From assembly GCF_009914755.1 (NCBI RefSeq), contig NC_060929.1: a DNA stretch of 64,000 bases. One strand, written 5' to 3'. Each line of letters opens with the position of its first letter. Position 1 is the first letter of the stretch. Below the pieces are notes generated by a model. That model saw nothing but the letters and a program-made list of their open reading frames with translations. It was not told the origin of the DNA and made no database searches. Positions 1 through 14,200 of the stretch are shown here, in pieces. The stretch comes from the human T2T-CHM13v2.0 reference genome, Homo sapiens. The position numbers and the translations under genes were made by a program.

Positions 1-772
1 GCTTTATTTCCTTGGGAGAAGCCTTTAACCATCTTCATATCCAAAGAAACTGTAGCTTCTTTCTTTCTCATAATACATTTGAGTATCCTTACGAGTTGCT
101 GGATAGCAGGGCCTGAGAATAAACTTTCAATGTCCCAGCTTATGGTACCACAAAGGAATCCCCTTAGGATAAATCTTAGGCTTTTAGTTTTCCACCCCTT
201 CCCTTCTTCTTCTCCTATTTCTGTTCAAGATGGCACCAAAGCATATTAGGAGATAGGGAGAGTGGTAACTAGACCTTCACTGGTCCTTGCTGGAGCCTGA
301 CTAGTCAGGTCTGTTTACAAAGCTGGTGGCCAGCAAGGTACTGAGTCCCACATGGACTTAGAGCATCACATTTGTACCCACAGCCATTACTAGTGCATGA
401 TCCTGGTCATTGCCCCTGTGAAAGTTGCCCATGTTCTATGGAATCCTAAGCCCTACTCCAGGCCTTATTAAGCCCTTATCCCTTTACCATCCTATCCATC
501 TATCTCACTGTCCTCTTCCAGAACTCCATCCCATTGCCTTCCTGAGATGCTGGACCACTGTGGGCAGCTGCTCTTGGAAGAAGAATGCTATCGTCTTCTT
601 CAAACCCCTTAAAGTCTCAGCTTCTCTCATACTTTTGGAAATTCTCAAGATTGAATAGAGTAAGCTTCTGCTTCTTCCTCAGTATCATTAGTTCTTTCTA
701 TACTACAGAGGAAATTCCAATCTGAACATAAGGGAAATATATTTTGGATTAATAAATTCTTCTAAAAGTATC

Positions 773-3042
773 TGTATTAGTCTGTTTTCATGCTGCTGAT
801 AAAGACATACCAAGACTGGGAAGAAAAAGAGGTTTAATCGGACTTACAGTTCCACATGGCTGGGGAGACCTCAGAATCATGGCAGAGGGTGAAAGGTATT
901 TCTTACATGGCAGCAGCAAGAGAAAATAAGGATGCAAAAGTTGAAACCCCTGATAAAACCATCAGATCACATGAGACTTGCTCATACCATGAGAACAGTA
1001 TGGGGGAAACCACCCCATGATTCAAATTATCTCCCACCAGTTACCTCCCACAACACAAGGGAATTATGGGAGTACAATTCAAGATGAGATTTGGATGGGA
1101 ACACAGAGCCAAACCATAGCATTCCACCCCAGCCCCTCCAAATCTCACGTCCTCACATTTCAAAACCAATCATGCCTTACCAACAATCCCCCAAAGTCTT
1201 AACTCATTTCACCATTACCTCAAAAGTCCACAGTCCAAAGTCTCAGAGAGAGAAGGCAAGTGCCTTCGGCCTATGAGCCTTTAAAATCAAAAGCAAGCTG
1301 GTTACATACTAGATACAATGGGGGTACATGTATCGGGTAAATACAGCTGTTCCAAATGGAAGAAATTGGCCAAAACAAAGGGTTTATAGAGCCCATGCAA
1401 GTCCAAAATCCAGCAGGGCAGTCAAATTTTAAAGCTCCAGAATGATCTCCTTTGACTCCAGGTCTCAGGTCCAGGTCAGGCTGATGCAAGAGATGGGTTC
1501 CCATGGTCTTGGGCAGCTCTGCCCCTGTGGCTTTGCAGGGTACAGCCTCCCTCCTGGCTTCTTTCACAGCTGGCGTTGAGTGTCTACAGCTTTTCCAAAT
1601 ACGTGGTGCAAGCTGTTGGTGGATCTACCATTCAGGGGTCTGGAGAACGGTGGCCCTCTTCTCACAGCTCCACTAGGCAGTGCTCTAGTAGGGAAACTGT
1701 GTGGGGGCTCCAACCCCACATTTCCCTTCTATACTGCCCTAGAAGAAGTTCTCCATGAGGGCCCCACCCCTGCAGCAAACTTTTGCCTGGGCATCCAGGT
1801 GTTTCCATACATCTTCTGAAATCTAGACACAGGTTCCCAAACCTCAATTCTTGACTTCTATGCACCCGCAGGCTGAATGCCACATGAAAACTGCCAAGGC
1901 TTGGGGTTTCCACCCTCTAAAGCCACAGCCCAAGGTGTACTTTGGCCCCTTTCGGCCACAGCTGGAGCAGCTGGGACACACAGCACCAAGTCCCTTGGCT
2001 GCACACAGCACAGGGACCCTGGGCCAGGCCCATGAAACCATTTTTTCCTCCAGGACCTTGGGCTTGTAATGGGAGGGGCTTCTGTGAAGGTCTCTGACAT
2101 GGCCTGGAGACATTTCCCCCATGGTCTTTGAGATTAACATTAGGCTCCTTGCTACTTAAGCAAATTTCTGCAGCCAGCTTGAATTTCTTCCCAGAAAATG
2201 AGTTTTTCTCTTCTATTGCATAGTCAGGCTGCAAATTTTCCAAACTTTTATCTTCTGCTTCCCTTTTAAAACTGAATGCCTTTAACAGTACCCAAGTCAC
2301 CTCTTGAATGCTTTGCTGCTTAGAAATTTCATCCACCAGATACCCTAAATCATCTTAAGTTCAAAGTTCCACAAATCTCTAGGGAAGGGGCAAAATGCTG
2401 CCAGTCTCTTTGCTAAAACATAAGAGTCACCTTTACTCCAGTTCCCAACAAGTTCCTCATCTCTATCTGAGACCACCTCAGCCTGGATTTTATTGTCCAT
2501 ATCACTACCAGCATTTTGGGCAAAGCCATTCAACAAGTATCTAGGAAGTTCTAAACTCTCCAACATTTTCCTGTCTTCTTATGAGACCTTCAAACTGTTC
2601 CAATCCCTGCCTGTTACCCAGTTCCAAAGTCGCTTCCACATTTTTGGGTGTCTTTTCAGCAACACCCCACTCTACTGCTACCAATCTACTGTATTCATCT
2701 GTTTTCACACCGCTAATAGAGACATACCCGAGACTGGGAAGAAAAAAGAAGTTTAACTGGACTTAAAGTTCCACATGGCTGGAGAGGCCTCAGAATCATG
2801 GCAGAGGAAGAAAGGCACTTCTTACATGGTGGCGGCGGGAGAAAATGAGGCTGCAAAAGAGGAAACCCCTGGTAAAACCATCAGATCTCATGAGACTTAT
2901 TCACTACCACGAGAACAGTATGGGGGAAGCCATCCCCATGATTCAAATTATCTTCCACAGAGTCCCTCCCAAAACATATGGGAATTATAGGAGTACAATT
3001 CAAGATGATATTTAGGTGGGGACACAGAGCCAAATCGTAGCA
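773..3042 (-). mobile_element. Full-length THE1 (probably THE1C) ERVL-MaLR element: LTR 2690-3042, internal region 1122-2689, LTR 773-1121
   Basis: Two ~350-bp direct LTRs (tgtatt...tagca), identical 5-bp flanks GTATC at 768-772 and 3043-3047, and internal peptide remnants such as EISKQQSIQEVTWVLLKAFSFKREAE (ORF 1917-2336) typical of THE1-int. Confidence 0.95.
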
Positions 3043-3329
3043 GTATCCATGTTTCAATAACGTAAAATTACCATCTTCCAATCCCCAGCCCATGCCCTGA
3101 GCTCTAGCCACCTTAAACCTTGTCTTTCTGCTGATTGTTTCTGCCACGTGGAACATACGAGCTCTATTCCTCCACCTGAGTAGCTTTTCCTTGTCCTCTG
3201 AGAGGCCTGCAAAGTGAATCTTCCCCGGATAATCTTTCCTGCTTTGTCCAGACCAGAATAAGTTACTCAGCGGCTCCTTTCAAAGTGTCCTACCTGTTGC
3301 TCTCACTGTGCCATGGCTGCTGTCTATAT

Positions 3330-3637
3330 CCATGCTAAGCAGTAGAAATATAATGCAAGCCACAAATCCAAGTTGCATATGTAATTTCACATTTTCTACT
3401 AGCCACATTTTAAAAAATTTAAAATAGGTGAAATTAATCTTAATATATTTTATGTAACCCAACATATCAAAAATATTTCACCATGTAATCAATATTGAAA
3501 AATTATTAGGTGTTTTTTGTTCTAAATTCTTTGAAATTCACCGTGTATTTACATTTACAACGCATCTCAATTCAGACTAGACGTGTTTCAGGGGCTCAGT
3601 AGCCACATGTGGTTAGTGGCTCACGTGTTTATTGCAC
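3330..3637. mobile_element. hAT-Charlie MITE, MER33/MER3-like
   Basis: Motifs agaaatataatgcaagccaca, ggtgaaattaat and ctcagtagccacatgtggttagtggct. Confidence 0.75.
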
Positions 3638-6084
3638 CATGAATCTACGTGTGGTTGAGTCTGTGTAAGCATGCCTAGCACTGTTAGGTACTCAGGAAAC
3701 GTTTGTAGAATGAACTGTGAAGAAAAGCTCTTATTAACCAAAGAGTTACAATTCTGGGTGAATATTAAACACTTCTGGGAATTCTAGTTTCAGGAGAGAA
3801 AACTGGTTGTGTTAATTAAGTCATTCATGGGAAAACAAAAGTGAGAAAAACCCAAAAGAAAAATAGCAAAGAAGATGAAGCTAATATGGCATCTCTGCCA
3901 CTCCAGAAATGTTACTGAAAAACATTCAAAACACCTGAGAGTGTCGGTCTGCTCAGAGGGAGAGGCAGCTACCTTTCTTTATCCCCTCCCCTCCCCACCC
4001 CACCCCCACCATCTTTCTGTTCTGGCTCGGAAGAGAGAAAAATTTAGTGATGTGACTGGCAGAAAAGACATAGCAAATGAGACATCTTGCTGGAACTAGC
4101 AAAAGACAGTGCTCCAAAATGGTGTTAGCTTCGGTGTGGGGTAAGCTCCTAATTACAGATCCGCTGCTGCTGGAGGGAAGAGGCTGGAGTTAACACAAGA
4201 GCCTTGAAACACATGGGATTTTTCAAGAGACGCATCAAGGCTTCTAAAATATAAAGTTGTTGGAAGCTACCTTCTGGCAAGCTGCATGAGTGAACTTTAA
4301 ACCTCCAGACTCAGAAGTAAAAGGGATTCGGACTCTGAAATAGTTGCATTTAGTTAAATAAGTATGACTGGAGCGCAAGGCAGAAGTGTTACTGGGGGAG
4401 GGGGACTCACTTGCTCTTTGTTTTGATTTTATTGTTCTGATTTTAAATTGTTGATTTTATAACATTTTCCTGGGTAATACGGAAAAATACCTGTGCTAAC
4501 CAATGAAGTCCTAGTTTTGTACATAGAAAGCAAAAATTAGCAGCATGGAGTGGTTTTATCTGGAAGATTTTGAGTCCTTTATTGGAAATTCTTGACAAGC
4601 ATAGGAAAAGCACCATCTCCAGGTGAATATCCTACCACCGGCAGCTACCGACTTGGCTCTGGTTCCTCACAAGAGTTTGAGAGAAGTCTTAAACAATTCA
4701 TTTCACTTGTGGATGACATCACAGAATTTTCTCTAGTGAATGACCTGGTAATTTTAGTAAGTGATTTACTTTGTTCACAAAATGCCAACATTTATTCAAT
4801 TCAATGGAGGGAAAAATCGGGCCAGTGTTTGGATATTACATATTCATAGACAGTTTGATTAAAGTGCCCTTATTTTCAACGTGCAACAAGGTCCTTATCT
4901 GTATATTTTTAAGTATCCAACTTTTAGTCATTGAGGAAAAAAATGGGCACTGGAATAGCTTCGTAATTGAAATCTACAAATAATCTAGCATTTCAATCTA
5001 GCAAAATGTTTCCCTTTACTACTTACTAATAAGAAGCAAAAAGACTGATTTACATTCCACTATGGATTTCTCATGGTCTCCATTACCCTTGTTATCACTG
5101 TCCCCATTAGCACAGATAATTGAGAAGTATGTGTACCTCACCGTTAAATGATGAGATCTCATTCTTTACCTCCCACCCAGCACAAATTGCTGCTCATCCT
5201 CAGTAAATAGCTATTTACAAAAATGATTTACCTGCTTATGCACATGGCTCCATGCTGTTTATTATGGTGACACCCTTTTAAAAATGGTTTTTAAAACTAG
5301 TGATATGGAAGCTGGTCTCAGTAATAAGAGCCCTCCTGAGTTAGAAGGTTAATTGTTGAAGGGAGATGCTCCCTCAGAAACATGTCATAGATTTTTATTC
5401 TTTAAGGCATAATTGCATGTAGGATGCAAGGTAATAAGGAAGACAGAGCAAAGGAAAAATATTTGTTTTCAAACAGGCTCAAAGGCAGAAAGGGTAAGAG
5501 AAGAAGCAGTTAATTAGGAAGGGTCATCTCACAGTTTTATTACATTGTTCATAATTTTGCCCTAAAAACTGGCCATCCTAAGTGGTCTTGTCACTCTGCA
5601 CCAGACATGAGCTAAGAATAAGATTTTGTTGGAAGGTCGGGGAAAATCCCAAAAGGCCATCCCAAAAGAGCAATACTAAAAGGTAAAGTTGGAAGACAAG
5701 ACGTGCCACACTTGAATGTGGCAGCTCATTGGTGGCTTCCAGTGGGGCTCAGTTATGAGTGTCAGAAAATCAGTAACAGATGGGGAAATGATCTCTTATG
5801 TTTGGGCCTCTGGAATAATTAATAGGTTCAGCATGTTAATACAAAATGTGCAGCTGAAGCAGAGGAAATAACTGAAGAGAAGTTTCCTAGAGACCCACAC
5901 AAGAAAGGTCTTGTGTAGAAATAGTTTAGTTTTTCTTTTTTTCTGGTTTAATAGGGCCTGGCTATCATGAAAATTGCTCTACTTTCTTACAATATTTTAT
6001 CTATCTGTATTCTCTCTCCCATAATAATGCCCCTTGAGTTATACAATTGTCATGCCTGCCTTTTCCTGAAAAGATGGGTTTATG

Positions 6085-6250
6085 CTGAAATGAGACTCGG
6101 TATTGGAGTCAAATGACCTACAGTCCCATCCCAGCTTCACTACTTACCTGCTCTGCTGAGTCTCAGGGCTTCAGGACTGTCCTGTATAAAATAGGGAGAC
6201 TAATATCTATCTCACAGGATTGTAGGTGCGATTAAATGAGATGATGCTTT
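6085..6250 (+). mobile_element. MIR SINE fragment
   Basis: Core motifs ggagtca...cccagcttcactacttac...tctcacaggattgt...attaaatgagat. Confidence 0.75.
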
Positions 6251-7314
6251 TCAATTCTCTGGTTGATACCAAAGGATCTAGAAACTTTTTCCTTCCTCCC
6301 TTATCTAGTTTACCTCTTTGGTGCCCCCAATCTTACTCTGAATCAGAATTTTCTACCATCTCAATGTCCTTCAAAAACTTACCCTCCTATCTTTAAAATA
6401 ATCCCCCAAATTGCACTCATTCCATTCCATAAGGCTTTGCTCAGTTAAGTAGATTAGAACCTAGGACTACAAACATTCCCTCCCCTGCACAACTAGCAAA
6501 ACTCTGGGAACTAAAATTCCAGCTTTCTATGAAGTAGGGGGTGGCTCCTTCCCTTTGACTCCTCCCAGCCCAATTAGGCCCTTTAAAACAAGAGAATCTG
6601 GGGAGAAGCCACTAAAGTCAGCAGGGTCTGGGCAAAGGCCAAGACTTTTTATTTTCCCTCCCTCCATCTGCTTCTGGTTGTTGCCAGGAGATAGCTAGGG
6701 GCAGATTCTGCAGGTTTTAATCAAGAAAACGCAGTTTCCCTCTAATCAAGTTTACGTGGTTTTCAGAGGGGTAGATAATTTAGCATCCTAAGCCGTTTAG
6801 GAAGATGTCTCTGCTGTAAGAGTTCTTATCCAGAACTACAGATTTCTTAGTGTAATTTCCTATGAATTAGTTCATTGAGTCCTTAGAAAATGCTTGTGTA
6901 GATTTTAAGAGTCACAATTTTCCCATTCAGATGTTGTGCTAGTTTTAACCTGTCAGGTTATAAATATCCAAGTGAGCTCTTCTCTATTTTTAAGTGATTT
7001 TTTTTTTCAATCAGTTGCCCTAAAAATATAGCCAGGATACAAAGCCAGCAAACCTAGTAAATTCTTCCAGTTGCAGCTTTTCAGATAAGTCATCTCTCTA
7101 TCGCTTATGTATCATTGTGAATCTGAAATACCAGTAAATCCATGCAATTACTATAACCAATGGAGGATAATTAGATTCATTTACTTGTTCATTCAGTACC
7201 ATATGAAGCACCTTTGTAATAAATACTCATTGCCTCTGGAATGCATGCTAAGGGCATATGGCAAAGGCATAGGTAAAAGTCACTAACACATAAGTCCTAA
7301 TCCTTTGCTCTAAG

Positions 7315-7510
7315 ACTGTTCGTCTCAGAATGCACTCCCAGAACTGCAGCATTAGTATCATCTGGGAACTTGTTAAATATGGAAATTCTCAGGACCCAGC
7401 CCATATCTACATACAGAATCAGAAAAACTCTAGGGGTGAGGCCCAGCAATCTATTTTAACAGGCTTCCAGGTGATCCTGATACACACTAACATTTGCAAA
7501 ACACTGCTCT
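7315..7510. mobile_element. MER5A DNA transposon
   Basis: gcagcattagtatcatctgggaacttgttaaa...gaatcagaaa...ggcccagcaatct...ccaggtgatcctgat. Confidence 0.8.
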
Positions 7511-7564
7511 CTAAGATTCATCTTAAAGTATATTACTCATTTTTCTTAATAACCTCATATTTAG

Positions 7565-7724
7565 GGCTGGGCATGGCGGCTCACGCCTATAATCCCAGCA
7601 CCTTGGGAAACTGAGGAGGGAGGATCACCTGAGGCCAGGAGTTCAAGGCTGCAGTGAGCCATGATTGCACCACGGCAGCCTGTGCGACAGAGCAAGACCC
7701 CAATTCAAAACAAACAGACAAACA
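7565..7724 (+). mobile_element. Alu monomer (FRAM/FAM-like)
   Basis: Single Alu arm with A-rich tail; TSD aataacctcatat(t/c)tag at 7548-7564 and 7725-7741. Confidence 0.9.
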
Positions 7725-7954
7725 AATAACCTCATATCTAGATGATAAATACACTGCACATTTATTAGAATTGAACTACATAACAATTCAAAGGTATCAC
7801 TAGCCTCTAGGTAGAACGGACATAATACCTTCCTCATGAAGCCCCATCACACCGTTAGCTCCTGCCCACCTCTCAGAGCTCCTCCTCCAGGCAGGCTTCC
7901 TTAACCCTCGTGGACTCTGTAGTATGCCCTTCTGCTTTCTCTCACCACACCTGC

Positions 7955-8307
7955 TGTATTAGTCTCTTTTTATGCTGCTAATAAAGACATACCCAAGACT
8001 GGGAAGAAAAGGAGGTTGAATTTGACTTACAGTTCCACATGGCCGGGGAGGTCTCACAATCATGGCGGAGAGCAAAAGGCACTTCTTACATGGTGGCAGC
8101 AAGAGATAATGAGGAAGAAGCAAAAGCAGAAACCCCTGATAAACCTATCAGATCTCGTGAGACTTAGTCAGGATCACAAGAGTAGCAAGGGAAAGACCAG
8201 GCCCCATGATTCAATTACCTCCCCCGGGTCCCTCCCACAACACGTGGGAATTCCGGGTGATACAATTCAAGCTGAGATTTGAATGGGGACACAGCCAAAC
8301 CATATCA
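7955..8307 (-). mobile_element. THE1 (THE1C-like) solo LTR
   Basis: tgtattagtc...ccaaaccatatca; TSD CCTGC at 7950-7954 and 8308-8312. Confidence 0.93.
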
Positions 8308-8802
8308 CCTGCATTTCCCCCATCTTGACAACTACTGCACTTTCTGGTAACTTTTCTATGAGGGTGCAAATGATATATTGTTCTCCATTGACTCTTCAGT
8401 GCTTACTGCAGTGCTTAGCATATTATGTGATCAATATATATTTAATGAGTAAATGAATAAGTGATGTCATATATAAGCAGGCAGATTTAGTTATGAGATT
8501 TACAATTATGATACGTTATCAATTATATAAATTGTTTTCAGAAACTCTAAGATAAAAGGAGAAAAGACTTAATTTGAGGAAAATTTTCAGTCTTTTTTCC
8601 TCTATCAATTAGCTATTTTGTTGCAAGTTTTTGATGTGATCAGCACTCAAAGACATATTTATTTTAGTGTAATATTTGATGCTGAAGAAGTCAGTTTTTC
8701 TTGTGATTCTTCATTGATAATTTAAACCAGAACACAGTTTGATTTTTATCAATATCAAAAAGGCAATAAGAGAGGCAGATAAATGACACAGAAAAAACAC
8801 TG

Positions 8803-9118
8803 GGCCAGGCCCAGTGGCTCATGCCTGTAATCCCAGCACTTTGGGAGGCCGAGGCAGGCAGATCACTTGAGACCAGGAGTTTGAGACCAGCGTGGCCAAC
8901 ATGGCGAAACCCCATCTCTACTAAAAATACAAAAACAAAAAAGGTGGCACACACCTGTAATCCCAGCTACTTGAGAGGCTGAGGCACGAGAATCACTTGA
9001 AGCCAGGTGGTGGAGGATGCAGTGAGCTGAGATTGTGCTGCTGTACTGCGGCCTGGGTGACAGAGCAAGACCCTGTCTAAAAAAAAAGAAAGAAAGAAAG
9101 AAAGAAAAGTAAAAAGAA
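8803..9118 (+). mobile_element. Full-length Alu (AluS/J)
   Basis: Dimeric Alu with (GAAA)-rich tail; TSD aaaaaacactg. Confidence 0.95.
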
Positions 9119-9274
9119 AAAAACACTGGACTTGGATCCCAAAATATAGATTGCAATCCTATTTCTGATACAAATAATCCATCTTGTTACCTCTAGAAAG
9201 TCAAGTCACCTCAATATTTCATCTGCAAGATGAGATTTAAGAATATCTGCCCAATCCACATCAAGAGATTAGTG

Positions 9275-9660
<386 letters not shown>

Positions 9661-10264
9661 TCATTATTTGTTACCATTTTTTAAATGGTCTTGTTGGGTT
9701 AACTGGAGCTTAATTAGCTTAATCAGTGGAGGTGAAGAGTCAAGACTCTACAAGGAGACAGATACATTTTCTCTGTGGTGCAAGATCACATCTAGTAAAA
9801 TGTACATTTGGCCTATTTGTATAGAGGATCCAGTACCTTCCCTGACTATTCTAACTGGTCTTCCACAAAATGACATTTTTTCTAAACTTTTAGACATTAA
9901 TGTCACCTAAACTGTTCTAACAGTCTTTGATCAGTAACCATAAACCCCTGCTGAGTTCTTAATGAGAATTCTAAACCTAACAAAATAAATGAGTTTTCAT
10001 TATACTCCAATGTTTTTTTGAAAAACCAAATATCATAAGTAAAATTATGAATCTAAAAGTTATATAGAAACAAGGAAATAATCTGCAACCAAACTAGAGT
10101 TTAATCACATTTTAGGTCAATAAATGACTGGATTCTCTTCTCTCTTTCATGATCTAAATTCTATCATTATGTCAAGTTCAGTATAAGCCTTATTTCTGCC
10201 ATAAAGCTGCCCCCAACTCTGGCACCCCATAACAACTTTTCCTCCCGTTATATTCTTTAATGTT

Positions 10265-10645
10265 TGTGGTGGAGATTATTAATGCTCACCAAATACTGGC
10301 AACATACAGTCATAATTCCAAACCTTCCTCAGAGTTAGATTTGAGTCAGTGAGCTAGTTCTGCCCAATGAACTGGAGAGGAAGTGATATGTAAGTCAAGA
10401 GCTCTTGTACTTCTTCCACTTCTCTACTCCCTTGTTGAGCTACCTTGGAAGCCACAGAAGAGATTTCCTCCAAATGTAGAACTACACTAGATCCTGGAAA
10501 TCTGCATGGAGGATAGATATCCTGAAAATTGCCCCAACATGCACTGACTTATGTCCAAGTGGGAAATATACTTTAATCATGTAAAGCCACTAAATTTAAG
10601 GCTATATTTATTATCACAGCATAACCTGGCCTATCCTCACTAATA
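10265..10645 (+). mobile_element. Old MLT1 (ERVL-MaLR) LTR
   Basis: Typical 3' end aagccactaaattt...ttatcacagcataacctggcctatcctcactaata. Confidence 0.65.
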
Positions 10646-11027
10646 GAAGTACATAGTAGGCACTGCACAGATTCACAGTTAATTATATATCATTCTAAAG
10701 TGTATTCAATTTTTAAAATTTAACAGAAATAGGTAGCTCAATGTTGGTCCTCAAGGATCTATAGCACAACAAAGGAAACAGAATTATAAATACATGGATT
10801 GATGAATGTAGTTTTATATGTGCCTGTGAATACATACATATGATAAAGAAAGACATGCAATAAAAAGACATTTAACTCTCCCTGTAATGGGGAAAGGGAG
10901 AGATTCCAGAAAAGCTTACTACAAGAAGTAATACTAAAGACGTATTTGTTCCCTTGACAAAATATAGTGCACGCTTCCTTGTGCCAAGCACTGCATTGGT
11001 TAAATTTTGAGGACTAGCATTTATTAG

Positions 11028-11210
11028 AAGGGGAAAAAAAGGAAAGGAAGAAAGAGAAAGAAAGGAAAGGAACAGAAAGGAAAGGAAAGGAAAGCAAAGG
11101 AAAGGAAAGGAGGAAGGAAGGAAGGAGAGAAAGAGAGAGAAAGAAAGAGAAGGGAGAGAAAGAAAGAGAGAGAGGAAGAAGAAGGAGGAGGAGGAGAAGA
11201 AAGGAAGGCA
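11028..11210. repeat. Purine-rich low-complexity tract (GGAAA/GAGA/GGA mix)
   Basis: Directly visible. Confidence 0.95.
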
Positions 11211-14200
11211 GACAGGTGTTCTTAGCACAGGAAGCAGTAGGCACAAAAAGGAGATCAGAAACAAGTGAGTTTCTTCAGAATGTTTACACTATTTACATTG
11301 ACAGGTATAAAATATAATGATGATAGGAAATGAATATGGAGAGGTGACCATTTCTAGAAGGGTCTTATATACCACTATAAGGAATTTTGATTTTAAACTG
11401 TCAACAATGGAAAGAAAGTAGGAGACGTATCAAATCTATCTCTTGGAAAGATCACGGCCTTGTCATTTTTGTTTAGGAGGTGATCATGAAATGGAGTCCT
11501 AACTAAGAGTCTATTCTGAGAGAAGAGGTGAGAGATTATGAGATGTAGTAATGTGCTAGTAAATATTCAACAGCCAGCTCTCCAGAGGAAAAAAAAATCC
11601 TGATTTGTGGCCATTTTTTAAGCTCCAAAATGATGCCATTGGACATGAAGTAGGGAATAGAAGTTCACAGTTGTACAAGCCAGCTCTGGCACAAAACTGA
11701 CATTGAGATAGCACCGTTGCATCACCTGCAAGTTACTGACACGTTAAGTGCATAATTAATAGACAGTTATCGAATAAATGAATGATTATGGGCATACAAA
11801 CAGAAGGAAGAAGGCAGATTACAGAAATATTTATAAGTAAAATCAAAAGCATATGGTGACCAGAGATTTTTTAAAATGACTACTAGGATAATAATAATGG
11901 GACAGATACTTAACTGCCTTTCAGCCTCAGTATCCTCATTTCTAAAATGGGCATAATAACATTTTCTTCAGCATAGTGCTTGAAATACTTGCCCACATAT
12001 AGGAAAGAGTATGTGCAAAGAATAGGATAAATAAAATAACTTAACATTTTGCAGTAACCATGTATAGTTTCTTAGTTGGAGTATCAGGTCGGAAGAATGA
12101 CTGGGGAAAGATGAGGTTGAATAAAAGTCAACCTCATTTAGAGGGATTTTTATGCACCATACTGGCATTTATAGACTCCAGACAATAAGTAATAGAGGAT
12201 CCTTAATAAATATCAAAGTGCAGAGTAACAATTAAATGTACATATTTGGATCATTCTGGGTACCGTACAGGATGTGATGTAGTAATGGAGGCCTGTTCAA
12301 ATTAGAAACCTATTTGCAGTAGCCCATTCAAGGTATACAAAGTTAAAGGAATTTGTAGAGGGTTTTGTGAAAAGGAGACAGACTAAAAATACACAGAAAG
12401 TAGACTAAATGGGACTTGGTGACCATTCGATATGGATGGTGAGAGCAAGTACTGAATGTGGACACCACCCAACAAGAACAGTGGTAAAGTAAGAAGAGAA
12501 GGTTTGATAAGGATGTCCATAAGTTTATCTTTAAACTCGTTGGACTCAATGTTCTCGTAGAAGCTTGGGTGGCAACTCTAGGAAGCCTAGAATTCCAAGA
12601 AGGGCTTATCACGTTCCTTTTAATAACAAGTATCTCCTCAAACACTCCTATTTTGGTGAGCTTTTTGCAACTTTTTAAAAAATCTGTAAATTGATGATGA
12701 AGGTATGCTGGAAAACATATATGCACCTCAGTCACCCTAAGATGCAAAAGAAGGAGAAAACACCGGAAATAAGTGTATATCTCCTACCACTGGAGAAAAT
12801 AATGTTATCTAAATTGTCAGGTAAAGTTACAAAGATGAAATTGGGTGAAAAGTTCTCAAATGTCTCTTCATCCTCGTAGTCTTCTTTTCTAATCCTACCT
12901 TTGGAGAAGACTACGGGAACCTGCCCATATTTGTCTTCTTCACATAAGACCAGAACCAGTTTTGAGATAATAGTTTTCTGGGTTGCTGTTCAAAACCAGA
13001 AAGTGGGACAGTAGAGATCCAAGCGGGTTTTTTTTTTTTAAGTATGCTTATTATAGCCCACCGAGGATGTTATCTGGAATGGCAGCAAAAAGTCTTTAGA
13101 GAGGAGAGAAACGTTCATTGCTGATTTTATAAATCTCTCCAAAGTTCCTGAAGGCTAATTCTATTCTCACCCAGAGTTCAAAGTCTGACCACCAGACAGA
13201 GTGGTTTGAAGTAGAAAAGTAGGATGGAATAATTTCTATACTTTGAAGTCCAGAGAAAGGAGGATCATTTCAGGGGCCTAAAGCACACACACCAAACTCT
13301 CTTTCTTTCTCAACACCACTGCAATCAAAGGGCGAGGTTGAATAGAAATTTAAAAACCTTAGAGGAAAATTATCTTCCTGCTTTCAAATCTAGATTTGCT
13401 TCCTCTCAAATTATAATTCTTTCTCAACATGGAAAGCCCATTTTCATTGCCCAAAAAACATATGTAAGTCTTAAAAATTAGTACATGCAAAACACAATTA
13501 TTTCGTATATCTGGCATGGCTGAAATATTTTGCAGTGGTTTTGTTTCCAAAGGAAAAATAAATTTGTATATTTTAAGTTCAAGACATCTAAAAAGTTACA
13601 AGTTATAGATAATGTTATAAAAGCCCATAATAATATTTTCACAATGTGGTTTTCCTTTTCCCCAACATATAATGCATTGGGTTGTACACTTCTCATCCGC
13701 TATATCGCACGAGGTCATTAACAAATCTTCCAGTTTCTCCTCTTGCACTCTCCAGCCTAGCTTTTTAAAGGCAGCCAGAATTATTTAAATTGCACATCTT
13801 TATAATTAATGGTTATAAATGGACTCTCAAGTAGTTAATGGCTTTCTCGAAACTGTGCAACCATGGTAGAGTTTCCAAAGAATACAATTTAATTGATGAA
13901 TAGACCTAATGGTTTTAATGTAAGTTATTTGATGGGAGGAATTTGATTGTGGATTCTTGGATCCATGAGATCATGAAGCCAAGTGCCTTGCACAAAATTG
14001 ACATTTTTTCTCTTAAAGAGATTTTCTGTCTCCACTTAAAACATGGATATGCCGTCTTATTTAGCCATTCTACACCTTCACATGGTGTCTGCCTATTATT
14101 TCAAAGAAAAAAAAGGAAAATGAAAAAGCTACTTCTGGCTTTAGCATTTATGGCTCCCAGAACCAGAAAATAAAGACTGATGTTAACCGAGTTGATAGCT

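Noticed and set aside
296-309. Perfect 14-bp palindrome CCTGACTAGTCAGG
   Set aside because: Several are expected by chance in 64 kb (64000/4^7 is about 4).
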